Assembly (NCBI RefSeq): GCF_018350175.1
Contig: NC_058368.1
Location: 136,464,001 to 136,528,000 of the forward strand
Length of the DNA stretch: 64,000 bases
Origin: Felis catus
Lineage: Eukaryota
Direction of reading: 5' to 3'
Of this stretch, positions 1-12,960 are shown one piece after another (position 1 is the stretch's first letter; every line of letters starts with the position of its first letter). The notes beneath the pieces are model-generated. The model was not told where the DNA came from and ran no database searches. It was given only the letters and a program-made list of their open reading frames with translations. The position numbers and the translations under genes were made by a program.

Positions 1-24
1 TCTGTTACTCAGTCATAGACATAA

Positions 25-70
25 CAGTAATAGTGTGGCATAGCCAAGTTGACACATAAATTGAACCATT
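25..70 (-). mobile_element. MLT2-like ERVL LTR terminus
   Basis: GCCAAGTTGACACATAAATTGAACCAT resembles the reverse complement of the MLT2 5' end. Confidence 0.55.
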
Positions 71-194
71 AAAATACCCAAGAGCATAAGGTAATAAGGT
101 AAGGAAAATGGTCTGTGTCCCTGCAGCCTTGATAATTCATTGAGTCAAGATTAAATCCCATTGCATGGTGGTACTGGATCCAGGTATGACAGGA

Positions 195-234
195 GTGTGT
201 GTGTGTGTGTGTATGTGTGTGTGTGTGTGTGTGT
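195..234. repeat. (GT)n microsatellite
   Basis: Direct reading; one interruption. Confidence 0.95.
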
Positions 235-950
235 ATCTGCATGCATGTGTGCACACACATGCATATAGGGTGATGGAATACTTGGAAGAATGAGTGCATG
301 AAGTGCTATTTATCTGCACAGAGGAATATCCAGGGAAGTGAACCTTGTCCTGTTTCCCAATTCCTATCATATTCTCTTTCCTCTCTCTGAAGTTCATGAA
401 CAAATCATCTACTGAAAGTTCAGGAAACATTGACTTAGGTCATGGACTGTTATTCCCAATCTTTGTGACCTTTAAAATGGAGGACAGGTCCCTGCTGGGT
501 GCTTAGGCTGTTTGGAGAATGAGTTCAGTCATTATAATTATTTTACCAGATGGGAAGAACTCTCAGCCTCTCTCAGGGTCTAAAGACTGTTGATCTCAGA
601 ATTTTTTTTTTCCATTGTAGGTTATCTCTGGTCAGCCTTGCTCTGCTCCCTCAGCTGTCTGCTTCCCTACAGAATGGACTGGCAGTGGGAGTTTGCTAGG
701 AAAGGGATCAGAAGTGCAGGGTGAGTGTGACTGGAGATGCATGGTTCTATATAGGCATGGGGTGACATTCAGAGCTAGAGAAAGATGACTTTTGAATGAC
801 CTCTTAAATTTTATCTTCTCTCTTTTGCTTGTTAGTAAAGAATAGAAATTAATATTACAATCTCCCTATATAAATTTGAGAGGATATTGGAGTAAGGATA
901 GCTGGAGAAGGTGGGGTTAATTTTTGGTTTTCATTTTAGAACTTGAAGGT

Positions 951-988
951 GAGAGAGAGGGAGGAGAGAGAGAGAGTGAGAGAGAGGG
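951..988. repeat. imperfect (GA)n microsatellite
   Basis: Direct reading. Confidence 0.85.
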
Positions 989-1634
989 ACCTCATATCAT
1001 CACACTCCTTCTAGAAGTGAGGTGGGCAGCTCCAAACCTGTGAGGGTGCCCTGCCTCCCTGGCTGAGAATCTCTGGGCAGGCTCTGGGCTGCCGAGTGTC
1101 CTACTATTCTGGCTCTATGGGAGAGAGCATTGACAACGGAGCTGGGAACTCCTTATCAGCTGGGCTTCCCAGGTGATGCTTGGCAGCTCGCTTGGGTCAT
1201 TTGCATTTTCACAGCCAAAGGGCTGCTCACAAGATGTTTTCTGCAGATATTTAAGTTGCTGGATTCCAAAACATCCCCAGGGCACTCCTGGTTCTCTTCT
1301 GCCATATGGTCACTGCAGCCAACTTTACATTTCTTAATTATGAAGAGGGCATTTTTGGGGCTTTGATGCCTCTGGGAGTTATAGTAGTAACATTAACAGG
1401 GCGAGTTCTTTCCCTCCCTCCTTCTTTTCCTCCCTCCCTCCCTTTCTGCCTGCCTCTTTCCATTCATTCTGTTCTCCTCCTTTCAAGCTTTTGAGATATA
1501 TTAATTCCTGAAGGTAAAACAGAGCTCAGTGGCCTGGACCAGGATTTGCCATCCTGCTTCTAGATGCAGAAGAAGGTGTTCTGGAAGGACAAGTTTTCCA
1601 TGTTAAAGTAATGTAGTTGTCAGGGGATAGCCTA

Positions 1635-2214
1635 TGTGTTAGTTTTCTATTGCTATATAACAAATTACCACAAATTTAATGGTTTAAAACAATACCTGTT
1701 TACAGGTCACAAGTCTGGGTATAGGATCGTTCAGTGGGTCATCTGCTTATATTCTCACAGGTACTGGTAGGGCTGTGTTCCTTTCTGGAAGCTCTGGGAA
1801 TGAATCTGTTTCCAAGCTCATTTGAGTTGTTGGCTGAATTTGGTTATTCACGGTTGTTGGACTAAGGTTTGTTTCCTTGGTGGCTGTCAACCAGGGCCTG
1901 GTCTTTTGCACCTAAAGACTGCCCATTTTCCATTCCAGGCTTTCTATGTGGTCCCCTCTAATGCTTCAGATCTGTCTGATTTTCCTTTTTGCAGCATCGC
2001 GGTGCACTCCAGCCAAAGTAAGCTCTCTGCTTTTAAGAGCTCATATGATTAGATTGGGCCAACCTGGATAATCCAGAATATTCTCCCTACTCTACATCAC
2101 TGATTAATAACCTTAATTTCATCTTCAAAGTCCCTTTTGTGAATCCCCAAACATTCACAGGTTCTAGGGATTAGGGCATGGACATGTTGGAGGGGGAGCA
2201 TTTGGCCTACCACA
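1635..2214 (-). mobile_element. MLT1 (MLT1D-like) MaLR solo LTR
   Basis: TG...CA ends; MLT1 motifs (AACAAATTACCACAAA, GATTAGATTGGGCC, CCTACCACA); 5-bp TSD GCCTA (1630-1634) / GTCTA (2215-2219). Confidence 0.85.
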
Positions 2215-2454
2215 GTCTATAAATAATTCATTGATTGTCTTGGCCACCCAAGGGTGAGAAGCTATTGCAGCATTTGTCAATGGATCTGCCTACCATTTCC
2301 ACTAGATGTGGGGCAGAGCTGAATAGAGAAAGTGAAGGAAACTGGAGCCAGGTGCAGGGGTGGACATAAGACACTTTGACTCTCCAAAGGGAAACAAGAT
2401 TTTTTTATGAAGTTTAGAATTTTTGAACTGCACAGGCTTGTGGAGATCAGCATC

Positions 2455-2530
2455 TGCACCTTCCCTCAGGATGAGGCAATGGAGGCCCAGAGAAGTGACA
2501 TGACTTGGCCAAGGTCAGCGGCCACACCAG
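2455..2530 (-). mobile_element. MIR fragment
   Basis: GATGAGGCAATGGAGGCCCAGAGAAGTGACATGACTTGGCCAAGGTCA is the MIR core. Confidence 0.65.
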
Positions 2531-4159
2531 AGCTGAAGAGTTCTGAAAGCAGCTATTATAAAACTTGACCGGGGCTTTTCAGAACATGGACTTGTCTCTT
2601 GGATCTTTGGCCTTCTTGCACTTAGCCTGCAAAGGCAGGTGGATCAACCAGACTGCGCAGTCTTGAAGATAAAACTGACTGTAGCTTCTTGACTCTAGGA
2701 AATCAAAATCAGTAACACTGTAGGTGGGGGCATGTATGAGCATGACTCTGGCCTCTCTGTAACCTGAGGTAGTTGGTCGTGATGCAGCAAGACGTGCTCC
2801 ATCTTGTTGTAACAATTCTTACATTTTCTAGTTGGTAGTCCCAGGTGTCCAGGCGGCCAGATCCCTTCATCCCTCGGTGGCATAGCCCCCACCTCAACCT
2901 CCCAGGCTGAGAAAACATGGGGCCCACCATGTGAACTGTTGTGACTCTTCTAGGGGAGGAAATCTGGGGAGGAATTCCTCCTCTACCTACTCCTCTCTCA
3001 GAGAAGCCAGGCAGCCCACAGGCTGATGGCTCCATTTCAGATCTGCAGGCAGCAAGTGAGCTCAGTAGGGAGATGGGCTCCTTGTTCACAGGCTTTGTTC
3101 TCTTGTTTCCTCTGCTCACCCTGAGCTCCTCTTTGTCAGAGTATAGAGACTCCAGCTCCTGGGGATTTACATAAGGCAGAGCAAAGTGCCCTCAGGCTAA
3201 GAATATATCCACCCCTTTCTTTGGGCGATGTGCCTGGGAGGGGAGGAAACTGACTCACCAAGTCTCTGACTCCATGAAACGACAAATATATGAAAAAAGT
3301 ACTGGATTAATGACAGGGGAAAAAAATCTTTATTTTTAGCACATGAGGGCAGAGTTAGCTGCTGGAAAGTCCTAGAAGGTAGAAGCTTAGATTTGAAACA
3401 AGAGCTTTTTGTCTTGAATGTTTTAGACATATTTAGCAGTGGGAGCTCTCGAGTGGTAAGTGAGGCACAGAGATGGGGGAAGCTTGTACAATAGGAAAAT
3501 ACTCGGCATTGATCATATCAACAGCAGAGTAGACCGGCCCAGGGATTTGTCTGTGAAAAACCAGGGAAGACTTGTTTTCTCACAAGCCAAAAACTGCCAT
3601 TTGATCCCCAAGATGCAGTTCTGCTGGTACAAGGAAAATACTGGGTCGCCTGTCTAGCACCACTTTAGCTTGGGTAGAAAGAAGCACTGACACTTGGCCT
3701 GTAGGTGAGCTGTGGGTATGTGGCAGCCCATAAGAACACCCCAGAATCTTCCTTGGCAGTCCTCACCCCCTGTTGTTATCTTCTCCTTGGGTGGAAGGCT
3801 GTCTGTTCCCTGGAGCCCTTCCTGATGTGCTCTGGTAGGCACAGTGATGATTGGTTTAGAGATTTCTGTAGGTAGAGCTGCTGTTACAGTTCCTTCCAGA
3901 AAGATCCTAAGGTTTGCTCCTGTTAACTGGAGACACAGGTTTAAAGAGACCATGGGAGGTGTTCACAAAATGGCCAGTGTCTGTCACTGATGGCTTGGTG
4001 GGTACCAGTCAAGGGGTGAAATTTGGGCAATTTGTTCCTAGGGAGAAACACTACAGGTAGGATATCCAATAGCTTTTCTTTGCACCCGTTGCTGGCAGAA
4101 TCAGCCTTCTTCCATTGAAGATGCATATTGAAGACTTATTCTCCAGTAACATGCATGGT

Positions 4160-4375
4160 AGTTGGGATCATTGGCTTTGGATCCAGATTTCCAAAGCGCT
4201 ATCTCAGCTTCACCATGTACTATGACTTATTTAACTCCTCTCATGCTTCAGTTTCCTCAGCTGTAAAATAAGTATAAAAATACTACCTCCCTCATAGATG
4301 GCTTTGAAGAGCAAATGAGTTAATGCATGTAAAGTGCTTATGACAGTAGCTGGCACATATTAAATGCTCAATTAA
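4160..4375 (+). mobile_element. MIR SINE
   Basis: CTTCAGTTTCCTCAGCTGTAAAAT core and AAAGTGCTT...TGGCACATATTAAATGCTCAA tail. Confidence 0.8.
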
Positions 4376-4499
4376 TGGTAGTGATAACTGTTGTTACTAC
4401 TGCTATTATGTCCTAGTCTCCCCTGAAGCTCAAGTATGGACATACTACCTACACCTCCCTGGCCAATTGTACCTGAGACAAAATGTAGTGGGGTTTTCT

Positions 4500-4685
4500 G
4501 GGCAATGCACAGGAGGTCATGGACATTGTCCATTTTGACTGATCATAGTCAGGTGATGCCTGAAATTGCAGACACAGTTCTGACCCTGGGACAGTCTGAC
4601 TTTGGATATTTTGTTATTTGGGATAATAATTGTTTCGTTGTTTAAGCCTTCTACCGCTTACAGTCAAAAACATCTGAACTTATGT
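4500..4685 (+). mobile_element. old MLT1-like LTR 3' fragment
   Basis: Degenerate MaLR 3'-end motifs (GTTTAAGCC...ACAGTCAAAAACATCTGAAC). Confidence 0.4.
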
Positions 4686-4799
4686 ACCTTATATTAATGG
4701 CACAGAGGGTTGCTAGAGTTGCAGCGTATTTAAGCTGTGTGTGGAATTAAATGTATTTGACAGTATTGTTAGAATACTTTGCTTTCGGTTCTTTGCTTT

Positions 4800-5016
4800 T
4801 GGGTGGCTCAGTCGGTTAAGCATCCGACTTCAGCTCAGGTCATGATCTCCCGGTTTGTGGGTTTGAGACTTGGGTTGGGCTCTGTGCTGACAGCTCACAG
4901 CCTGGAGCCTGCATCAGATTCTGTGTCTCCCCCTCTCTCTGCCCCTCCCATGCTCAAGCTCTGTCTCTCTCTCTCCGTCTCTCAATAATAAATAAACATT
5001 AAAAAAATTAAAAAAA
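4800..5016 (+). mobile_element. CAN-SINE (felid SINEC)
   Basis: GGGTGGCTCAGTCGGTTAAG A-box head, CT tract, AATAAA and A tail; TSD-like GG(T/C)TCTTTGCTTT on both sides. Confidence 0.95.
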
Positions 5017-5049
5017 GAATGGCTCTTTGCTTTAAATTATTTTTAAAAA

Positions 5050-6992
5050 TTTTTGAACAGTAATATTCTCCCATGATAAAGACATTAAAAAGTATGAAAA
5101 ACCTTCCGATGAAAATCTCCTTCCCACATTGGTCATTCATGTTCGCAGTTCCCAGGCCTCAATGGCCAGACAACCTCTGTTTTTAGTCTTTTATTTACCC
5201 TTCCAAGATGTTGAAAATAAATATAAAAGAAATATAACTTACAATACCAATGTATTGTTTTCCCTCTTTTGTAACACAAATGTTTGCATGCTGTATACAT
5301 CATTCTGCACCTTCCTTTTTTCATGTAATAATACATTTTAGAGTTTTCCATATCAGTATATAAAGAGCTTTCTTATTTCTTTCTCTAACTACAGAATATT
5401 TCATTGAATTTCTTTAACTAGTTTTCCACTGACAAGTATCCAGGTTCTCTCCAATCTTTCACCATTGACTGCAATGCTGCAATAAATAAACTTTATGTGT
5501 GCCATTTTGTAGATATGCAAATATATCTGTAGGGTAAACTCCCCAGGGTGGAGTTACTAAGTCTAAGAGCACATACATTTGGAATTTTGATAGCTATTGC
5601 TAAATTGCCTTCCATCTGGGCTGTACAAATTTTTTACTCCCATCAGAAAGGATGAAAGTGCCTGTTTCCTATAGCCTTGGCAACAGAACATGATATCGAA
5701 TTTTGGATTTTTGCCAATTTTATGGTGAAAAATGATATCTTAGGGAAGTTTTAATTTGCATGTTTTTTACTATGAGTGAAATCGAGCATGTAAAAATATA
5801 TTTAAGAACAATTTGCATATTCTCTGAATTGCTGTTTATAATACTTGGCCATTTTTCTAGTGAGTTATTGGCCTTTTATCAATCTCCAAGGCTTTTATAC
5901 AGTAGGAAGATTTTTCTCTGTTTATGATTAGTTGTAATGATGCTTCCCAGTTTGTCAGGTTTTTGTTTTTTGTTTTTTGTTTTTTTTTAATGGTGGCATT
6001 TACTTTTGTCAGGCAGAGATTTAAAAAATTTATATAGTTGGATTTATTGATATATTTCCATGGTTTCTGGATTTTGGGTGACAGTTAAAAAGCTTTCTAC
6101 ACTCTAAGATTATTGAACACTATTCCATGTATTCATTTACTACTTTCATTGTTTTATTTTTTATATTTGAAGACTTGATCTATTTGGAACATATGGAACA
6201 CAGAATGATATATGAGTCCGACATTAGTATTTCCCAGATAGCTATCTAGTTTTCCCAACATTATTCACTAGTTCAGTTTTATCCACTGATTTGGTATTTG
6301 TGTTCTTTTTCTGGACTTTCATTTTTATTCTATTGGTTAGTCTATTTATGAACCAGTACTATGTTGCTTTAATTATGAGCTTTGGTGAATATTTTTATAT
6401 CTGATAATCCTTCTTGTTTGGTCTCTTTATCAAAGCCTTCCTTGCAAATCTTCTTGGCTTATTTCCCAATATGGCCTTAAAATTCCTTCATCTAGCTGAA
6501 AAAAAGCTATATACAAACGTAATGAGATATTGCTAATTTTAAAAATCAAATTAGAAAGATTGGCATAATCGTGATACAAGAAGGGATAATGACATTGAGG
6601 CATCTTTGTCCAAAAGTATGGTTATGCTTTCCCAGTTGTTGATGAGTTCTGCTGTGTTTTTCTGTAATGCTTGAAAGATTCTTTTTAGTGTATGTCTTGT
6701 ACATTTATCACTGAATTTATTCCTAAGACATTTATCTTTTTTGTTGTAACTATTGCTCATGTAAATGGAATCTTTCCTTCTGCTATAATCTTCTAGCTTC
6801 TAGCTATTGACTATTTTTAGTTTTCTACCTTATAATATTACATTTTCTTTGGTAGTCTTTTCAAAAATTGACTTCCTTGGGTTTTCCAAGTAAACAACAA
6901 TATCCCCTGCAAATAGGTTAGTTTTGTTTCTTCCTCTCAGTTTTTAGGTCTTAAATTCTTTTTTTATTTGCTTTTTATTGGCTAGAGTTCCA
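5050..6992 (-). mobile_element. old L1 (L1M-type): ORF2 RT region to 3' UTR, degenerate
   Basis: Reverse strand near 6920-6880 reads LFAGDIVVYLENP (L1 RT LFADDMIVYLENP); L1M-type 3' region toward 5050. Confidence 0.8.
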
Positions 6993-7046
6993 GTAAAAAT
7001 TGACAAAAACAAAATGAGAACTAGACAAGTCCACAAAGTGAGAAAT

Positions 7047-7552
7047 TTTATTTTTTATTATTTTTTCAATGTATTTAAATAAAGAGTCTCTTAATGGTTT
7101 GCTTCCCTTTTTGTTTTTATCTTATCTTTCCTTCCCTTCCCCTATGTTTAAATTCCACTTATGAGTGACATCATATATTCGTCTTTCTCTGATTTATTTC
7201 ACTTAGCATAATATACTCTAGTTCTGTCCATGTTGTTGCAAATGGCATGCTTTCATTCTTTTTTATTGCTGAGTAATATTCCATTGTATGTATGTGTTAT
7301 CCATTCATCTGTCAATGGACATTTGGGTTCTTTCCATAATTTGGCTATTGTTGATAGTGCTGCTTTAAATGTTGGGGGGCATGTGCCCCTTTGAATCAGC
7401 ATTTTTGTATCCTTTGGATAAATACTTAATAGTACAGTTTCTGGGTTATAGGGCAGTTCTATTTTTAATTTTTTGAGGAGCCTCCATACTGTTTCACAGA
7501 GTAGTGCACTAGTTTGCATTTCCACCAATAGTGCAAAAGTGTTCCCCTTTCT
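7047..7552 (-). mobile_element. carnivore L1 3' fragment nested in older L1
   Basis: ORF 7253-7573 matches the ORF2 C-terminus (WRLLKKLKIELPY, IAKLWKEPKCP). Confidence 0.85.
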
Positions 7553-8066
7553 CATAGTGGACAGTTTTAGCACATCTTTCTCAGTAATTGGTAAAACAAA
7601 TACACAAAAAAATTAGTAAGCAGCATGATTGACTACTTTCACCTAATTGACATGTATAGAATACAGTACCCAACAATTACAGAATGCACATTATTTTCAT
7701 GTGCACATAAAACATTTACCAAAATTGATTATGAGATGAGCAGTAAATCAAGTTTCAGTAAACATCAAAGAATGAAAGTAATATAAACTGTGTTCTGTGA
7801 CCACACTGAAACTTAGCAGGAAACCCATAACAAAATTTACTAGAAAATCCCTAAGTGATTGGAGGTTAAGCAGTAATTTCTAATTGACCAGTGGGTCAAA
7901 GAAAAAAATAGCAACGGAAGTAAGAAAATATGTTTACCAGAATGATAATTAAAATACGACATATTGAAATATGTGATGCAGTTAAAGTATGCTTAGGGGA
8001 AATTTTTTGGTATTAAATGTATATATTTGGAAAGAGAGGCTGAAAAATCAATCATCTCAATACATC

Positions 8067-8277
8067 TTTTTTTTTTAATGTTTTATTTATTTTTTGAGAG
8101 AGAAAAAGAGAGTGTGAGTGGGGGAGGGGCAGAGAGAGAGGGAGACACAGAATTGGAAGCAGGCTCCAGGCTCTGAGCTGTCAGCACAGAACCTGATGTG
8201 GGGCTCAAACTCAAAGACCTGAGATCATGATCTGAGCCAAAGTCAAACACCTAACCAACTGAGCCCCCCAGGCATCC
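8067..8277 (-). mobile_element. CAN-SINE
   Basis: Poly-T, GA tract, SINEC body reversed. Confidence 0.95.
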
Positions 8278-9148
8278 ATGAATCCATGTTAATAAGTAGG
8301 AACATAATACCAAGTTAAACCCCAGGAGTACAGAAGTAAGAATGTATAAAAGTTGAGCTGAAATGAATGATATAGGAAAAAAATTTACAAGACAGGATTG
8401 AGAAGCCTGATTAAAAGAAGACTGGTAAAATTGACAAACCCTTGGCAAGGCCAAACACAAAGAAAGATGGTACAATGTAATAATATCAGAAATGCAAAAG
8501 AGGATAAAACTACAAAATTACAGACTTTCAGAAGATAATAAAAGAATCTAATGAGCTACCTTTTGCCAATACATTTGACAACTTAGTTGAAATTGACAAA
8601 TTGCTAGGAAAAAAAAAAACTTACCAAAAGTGACAGAGGAAATAAAATATCTGAATAGTCCTTTACATCTAAAGAAATTGAATCCATAAAGAAAAACTTC
8701 CTACAAAGGAAACTCTAAGCTGAAATGGCTTTGTCAGAAAAGTTCTAAGTTACTTTAAAAGAAAAAAAATTAACACTGCTCTTACATAAACTCTTCTAGA
8801 GAATAAAAGAAGAACTTTTTGACTCATTTTAAGATATTGAAAACCTGACAATTTCTTTACAAAAAATAAAATTGCAAAGCAATCCCTTTCATGAATAGAA
8901 ATAAAAAAATCCTAAACAAAATATCAGCAAAGTAAATTTACTGATGTACAGAAAAGATAATATATCATGACTGTACTTTATTAATATGGTACTGATTTTT
9001 CATTCAAAATCAATGCAATTCATGTCATTAACAAAATAGAGAACAATTGTATAGCTATCTCATAGGCATAAAAATAATCTGATATAATTCAATATCCATT
9101 TATACCTAAAATAATAACTTTTGAGAAAACTAAGAGTGGAAAAAGATA

Positions 9149-9311
9149 TTTTTTTAGAGAGGGGAGTGGCAGAAGGAGAGGGAGAATCTCAAGCAGGCTC
9201 CGCAGTGTCCAGCAGGGTCAGATGCGGGGCTTGATCTCCTGACCGTGAGATCATGACATGAGCTGAAATCAAGAGTCCGACACTTTACTGACTGAGCCAC
9301 CCAGGCACCCC
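9149..9311 (-). mobile_element. CAN-SINE (older SINEC type)
   Basis: SINEC body reversed; TSD-like TGGAAAAAGATATTTTT / TGGAAGAAAATATTTTT. Confidence 0.9.
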
Positions 9312-10051
9312 TGGAAGAAAATATTTTTAACCAGACAAAAGGTATGTACAAAAACCTATAGCAAACATTATATGGATGGTGAAATACTAAATTTTTTCTT
9401 TCAGGAATTGGGAATAAGTATGTTTGATATGAGCACATCTCTTCAACATTGTATTGGAAGTTCTAGGTAGTGAAATAAAGCAACACAATTTTTAATAAGG
9501 GGTAAATGGATGGAACTATCATTATTATAGATGATATAACTGTGTATATAGGAAACACAAAAGAATCTACATATAAACTATTGGCATTAATAAATGAATT
9601 TAACAAGCTCTGGTAAATATGTAAAAATATATTTATTCCAAGAACAAAGAATTAGAAAATTAATTTTAAAAATTATGTCATTTATAGTAACATCAAAATG
9701 TATCAGATACCTGGTAATCTAATAAAATATGTGTAAGAGTTCACCAATGAAAACCACAAAATATTCTTGATGGAAATCAATTAAAACCTAGGTAAGTGGA
9801 AGGATACACTATGCTTATGGACTAAATAACTCAATTTAACAAAGATGGCAATTCTTTGCACATTGCTCTATAAATTCAGTATAGTCCCATTCAATATTCC
9901 AGCAGCTGTTCAGGTAGAAATTGACAAACTTGACTCTAAAATTTATGTGGAATTGCAAAGGGCCAAGAATAACCAATTCAATTTTGAAGAAGATAGTTGG
10001 AGGTCTTACTTTAATGGATGCCAAGTCTCATTTTATTTTTCACACATAATT

Positions 10052-10550
10052 TCTTTTTCTTTCCAACAATTTATTTAAATTCAAGTTAGTTAACATATAG
10101 TATAGTCTTGCTTTCAGGAGTATCTTTGGATAAATATCCTTTGGATAAAAACCCAGTGATTCATCACTTACAAAAAACATGCAATGCTCATCCCAATGAG
10201 TGCCCTCCTTAATGTCCATCACCCATTTAGCCCACCTCCCCCCACCCCACTTCCTTCCATCAACCCTCTGCTTGTTCTCTGTAGTTCAGAATCTCTTATG
10301 GTTCAGGGCTGAGCCTGGGTGGCTCAGTTGGTTAAGCGTCTGACTCTTGGTTTCAGCTCATGTCGTGATCTCATGGTTCGTGACATCAAGCCATGTGTCT
10401 GGCTCTGTGCTGACAGCATGGAGCCTGCTTGATTCTCTCTTTCCCTCTCTCTTTGTCCTCACCCCACTGGCATTCTCTCTCTCAAAATAAATAAACATTA
10501 AAAAAGAAGAATCTCTTATCATTTGCCTCCCCCTCTGTTTTTATCTTATT
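10052..10550 (-). mobile_element. carnivore L1 3' UTR fragment, split by a SINE
   Basis: AAGTTAGTTAACATATAGT...CCCATTTAGCCCACCTCCC is typical of the carnivore L1 3' end. Confidence 0.8.
10306..10505 (+). mobile_element. CAN-SINE
   Basis: SINEC body; TSD AGAATCTCTTAT at 10288-10299 and 10508-10519. Confidence 0.93.
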
Positions 10551-10718
10551 TAAGTGTCAGTAATATAAAAAGCAGTGTATTAGTCCAATGATAGTCTACC
10601 CCCCAGCTTAAAAAAAGTAAATGGTATAGAATATACTTTAGAAATATACCTACAAGTATATGGACGCCTAGTTTATGACAAAGGTGGGACTCTAGAGCAA
10701 TAGAAAAAAAATGGTGTT

Positions 10719-10920
10719 GGGACACCTGGGTGGTTGAGTCAGTTAAGCATCTGACTCTGGATTTCAGCTTAGGTCATGATCTCACAGTTTGTGGGTTCAA
10801 GCTCTGTGTTGGGCTCTGCCCTGACAGTGTGGAGCCTGCTTGTGATTCTCTCTCTCTGCACCTTCCCTGCTCACACTCTTTCTGTCTCAAAATAAATGAA
10901 TAAACTTAAAAAGAAGAAAA
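10719..10920 (+). mobile_element. CAN-SINE
   Basis: SINEC body and A tail. Confidence 0.93.
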
Positions 10921-11202
10921 AAGATGATGTTTTGAATAAATGGCGCTGGGCCAATTAGATAGTCATTAAAAAATAATTTTTTTTTATTTCACAAAACCAA
11001 TTGCAGATGGTTTGTATACTGAATGTGAAAAGTAAAACGATAATCTTTCCAAAGATTACATTTGAGAGTGTCCCCATGATCTCGGGAAGTTAAAAATAAA
11101 CAGGACACAAAAGCATTAATCGGAAAATAAAGATTCATTAATTGGACCACATTAACATTAGCATCTTTTGTTCATCAGAAGATACCATTAAGAGTTAGGA
11201 AA

Positions 11203-11426
11203 GGGGAGTCTGGGTGGCTCAGTCAGTTGAGCATCCAACTTTAGCTCAGGTCATAATCTCACAGCCCATGAGTTTGAGCCCCGTGTCAGGCTCTGTGCTG
11301 ACAGCTCGGAGCCTGGAGCCTGCTTCAGATTCTGTGTCTCCCTCTCTCTGACCCTTCCCTGCTCATGCTCTGCTTCTCTCTGTCTCAAAAATAAATAAAA
11401 ACATTTAAAAAAAATTTTTTTAAAAA
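11203..11426 (+). mobile_element. CAN-SINE
   Basis: SINEC_Fc-like body and tail. Confidence 0.95.
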
Positions 11427-12419
11427 GAAAGAGGCAAGTCACAGAGTGGCAGAAGATATCTGCAGGGTATATAGCAAAGGGATCATTTGCCGAATATAAA
11501 AAGATAGACTCAAAGCAAAAGGAAAAAGACAGTCTAATAAAAAATGGGCAACAGGAACTTTGCAAATGAGAATATTCAATCTCCATTAAACATATGAAAA
11601 GCTGCTTGGTTATTTTAGTGGCCAGAGATGTTTAAATTAAAAATGACAATGACGTACTTCCACACTTGCCAGAATAACGAATACTGAAAAGACTGGCGAT
11701 TCCAAATGTTAGGAATGTAGAACCACTGCAACTCTCATGTACTCCTGGTGGGAGTGCAATCTGATAAAACCACTTTGGAAAAGATTGGCAATTTCCACTG
11801 AAGTTGAATTTTCATATACTCTGGCACCTAGCAGTTTACTCCTAAATATGTACACAACAAATGCATACATATATACACTGAAAGACATGAAAGAGAATGC
11901 TCATTGCCGCATTATTTTAGTCCAAAGCTGGAAACAGTCCTAATGTCTTTCAGTGGTAGAAGAGGTACATGTATGTTTTGTGATAAATGCATCCAACTGA
12001 ATACATAGGTAAAAGGTGAGTCAACTAATAACTATATTCCTCAACATGGGTGAGTTTCACAAACATGTATATTGTTCAGTTGCATTTATATAAAGCTTAA
12101 AAACATGCAAATCTAAATTATGGTGTTAGAATAAGTATTTGTCTCCCATGGATGAGGTACCATGGCTATAAAAACTTTGGGGTTAGAAATGAGAATAGTG
12201 TTTACCTTTGGAAAGAAGGTATTGACTACGGGGCAGGGGAGCTTCTGGGTTTTTGATAATGTTCTATTTCTTGATTGAATTGGGGTGACTGGGATGTCAT
12301 TACTTTGGAATAATTTATTGAGTTCATTGATGATGAACTTTTCTCCACGTAGATCAACTAGCACCTTGTGTGTGTATGTAAGATTGTGTTGGGCACTGTG
12401 TTCTTTCTTCCTTTCACCC

Positions 12420-12960
12420 CTTTGTCAGTCTCACGTGGATAGAAGAAGTCCATTCTTACTGATTGGTTCAAGGGACAGTACAGTAAATGAGTACAGCCAG
12501 GCTCTGCAAGTCCTTTGTGAGAGCGGAAAGTGGGGCCCCGTCAGGCTTCAGCCAGACACGTTCAATCATTTTGATTGGCAGAGTCCATCGTTAGTACTTT
12601 CCAGTGCATGACCATTTACTGTGCCACATTTAAATTTCCAAAGACAATCGCACTGATGATGGTAGGGAGGCTCCTGCTCCAAAGCTGGAGTGACTCTCCT
12701 TGATTCACGTGTCTGACTCTGCCAATCTAGAAGCGGGACTTGGTACTTGCTGAGACCCCAGTGAGTTTGGGTGGTTGGGAGGCAGGGTCAAGCCCGAACT
12801 TGGGGAGAATTGTACTCTGGGTCCACCTTAACCATATTATTTACTTCCTCAGCTACAAAGCTATGAGAATGGTGATGCACGTGGTAATAATTGAGGAGGA
12901 CTTGTTTGCATAATTAAATTGTTAATGACGTCAGTGTGTATGACAGTCTTGCCTCTATCC
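12420..12960. promoter_or_regulatory. candidate enhancer (3 CACGTG, CRE, POU/homeobox/SOX-like motifs)
   Basis: CACGTG at 12432, 12706 and 12878; TGACGTCA at 12926-12933; TTTGCATAATTA at 12905; ATTGTT at 12918; no recognisable repeat. Confidence 0.35.

Larger units (their letters stand above)
6995..12320 (+). mobile_element. old L1 (L1MC/MD-type): ORF2 endonuclease to 3' UTR, interrupted by younger insertions
   Basis: A-rich degenerate ORF2 (endonuclease C-terminus about 7790, RT about 9440-9570, ORF 9845-10078 resembles ORF2 KMAILPKLIYRFNAIP); 3' UTR about 12000-12320. Confidence 0.85.

Noticed and set aside
5050..12320. Divergent L1 pair as one 5'-inverted element
   Set aside because: Both halves contain the RT region and their own 3' UTR, so they are two insertions
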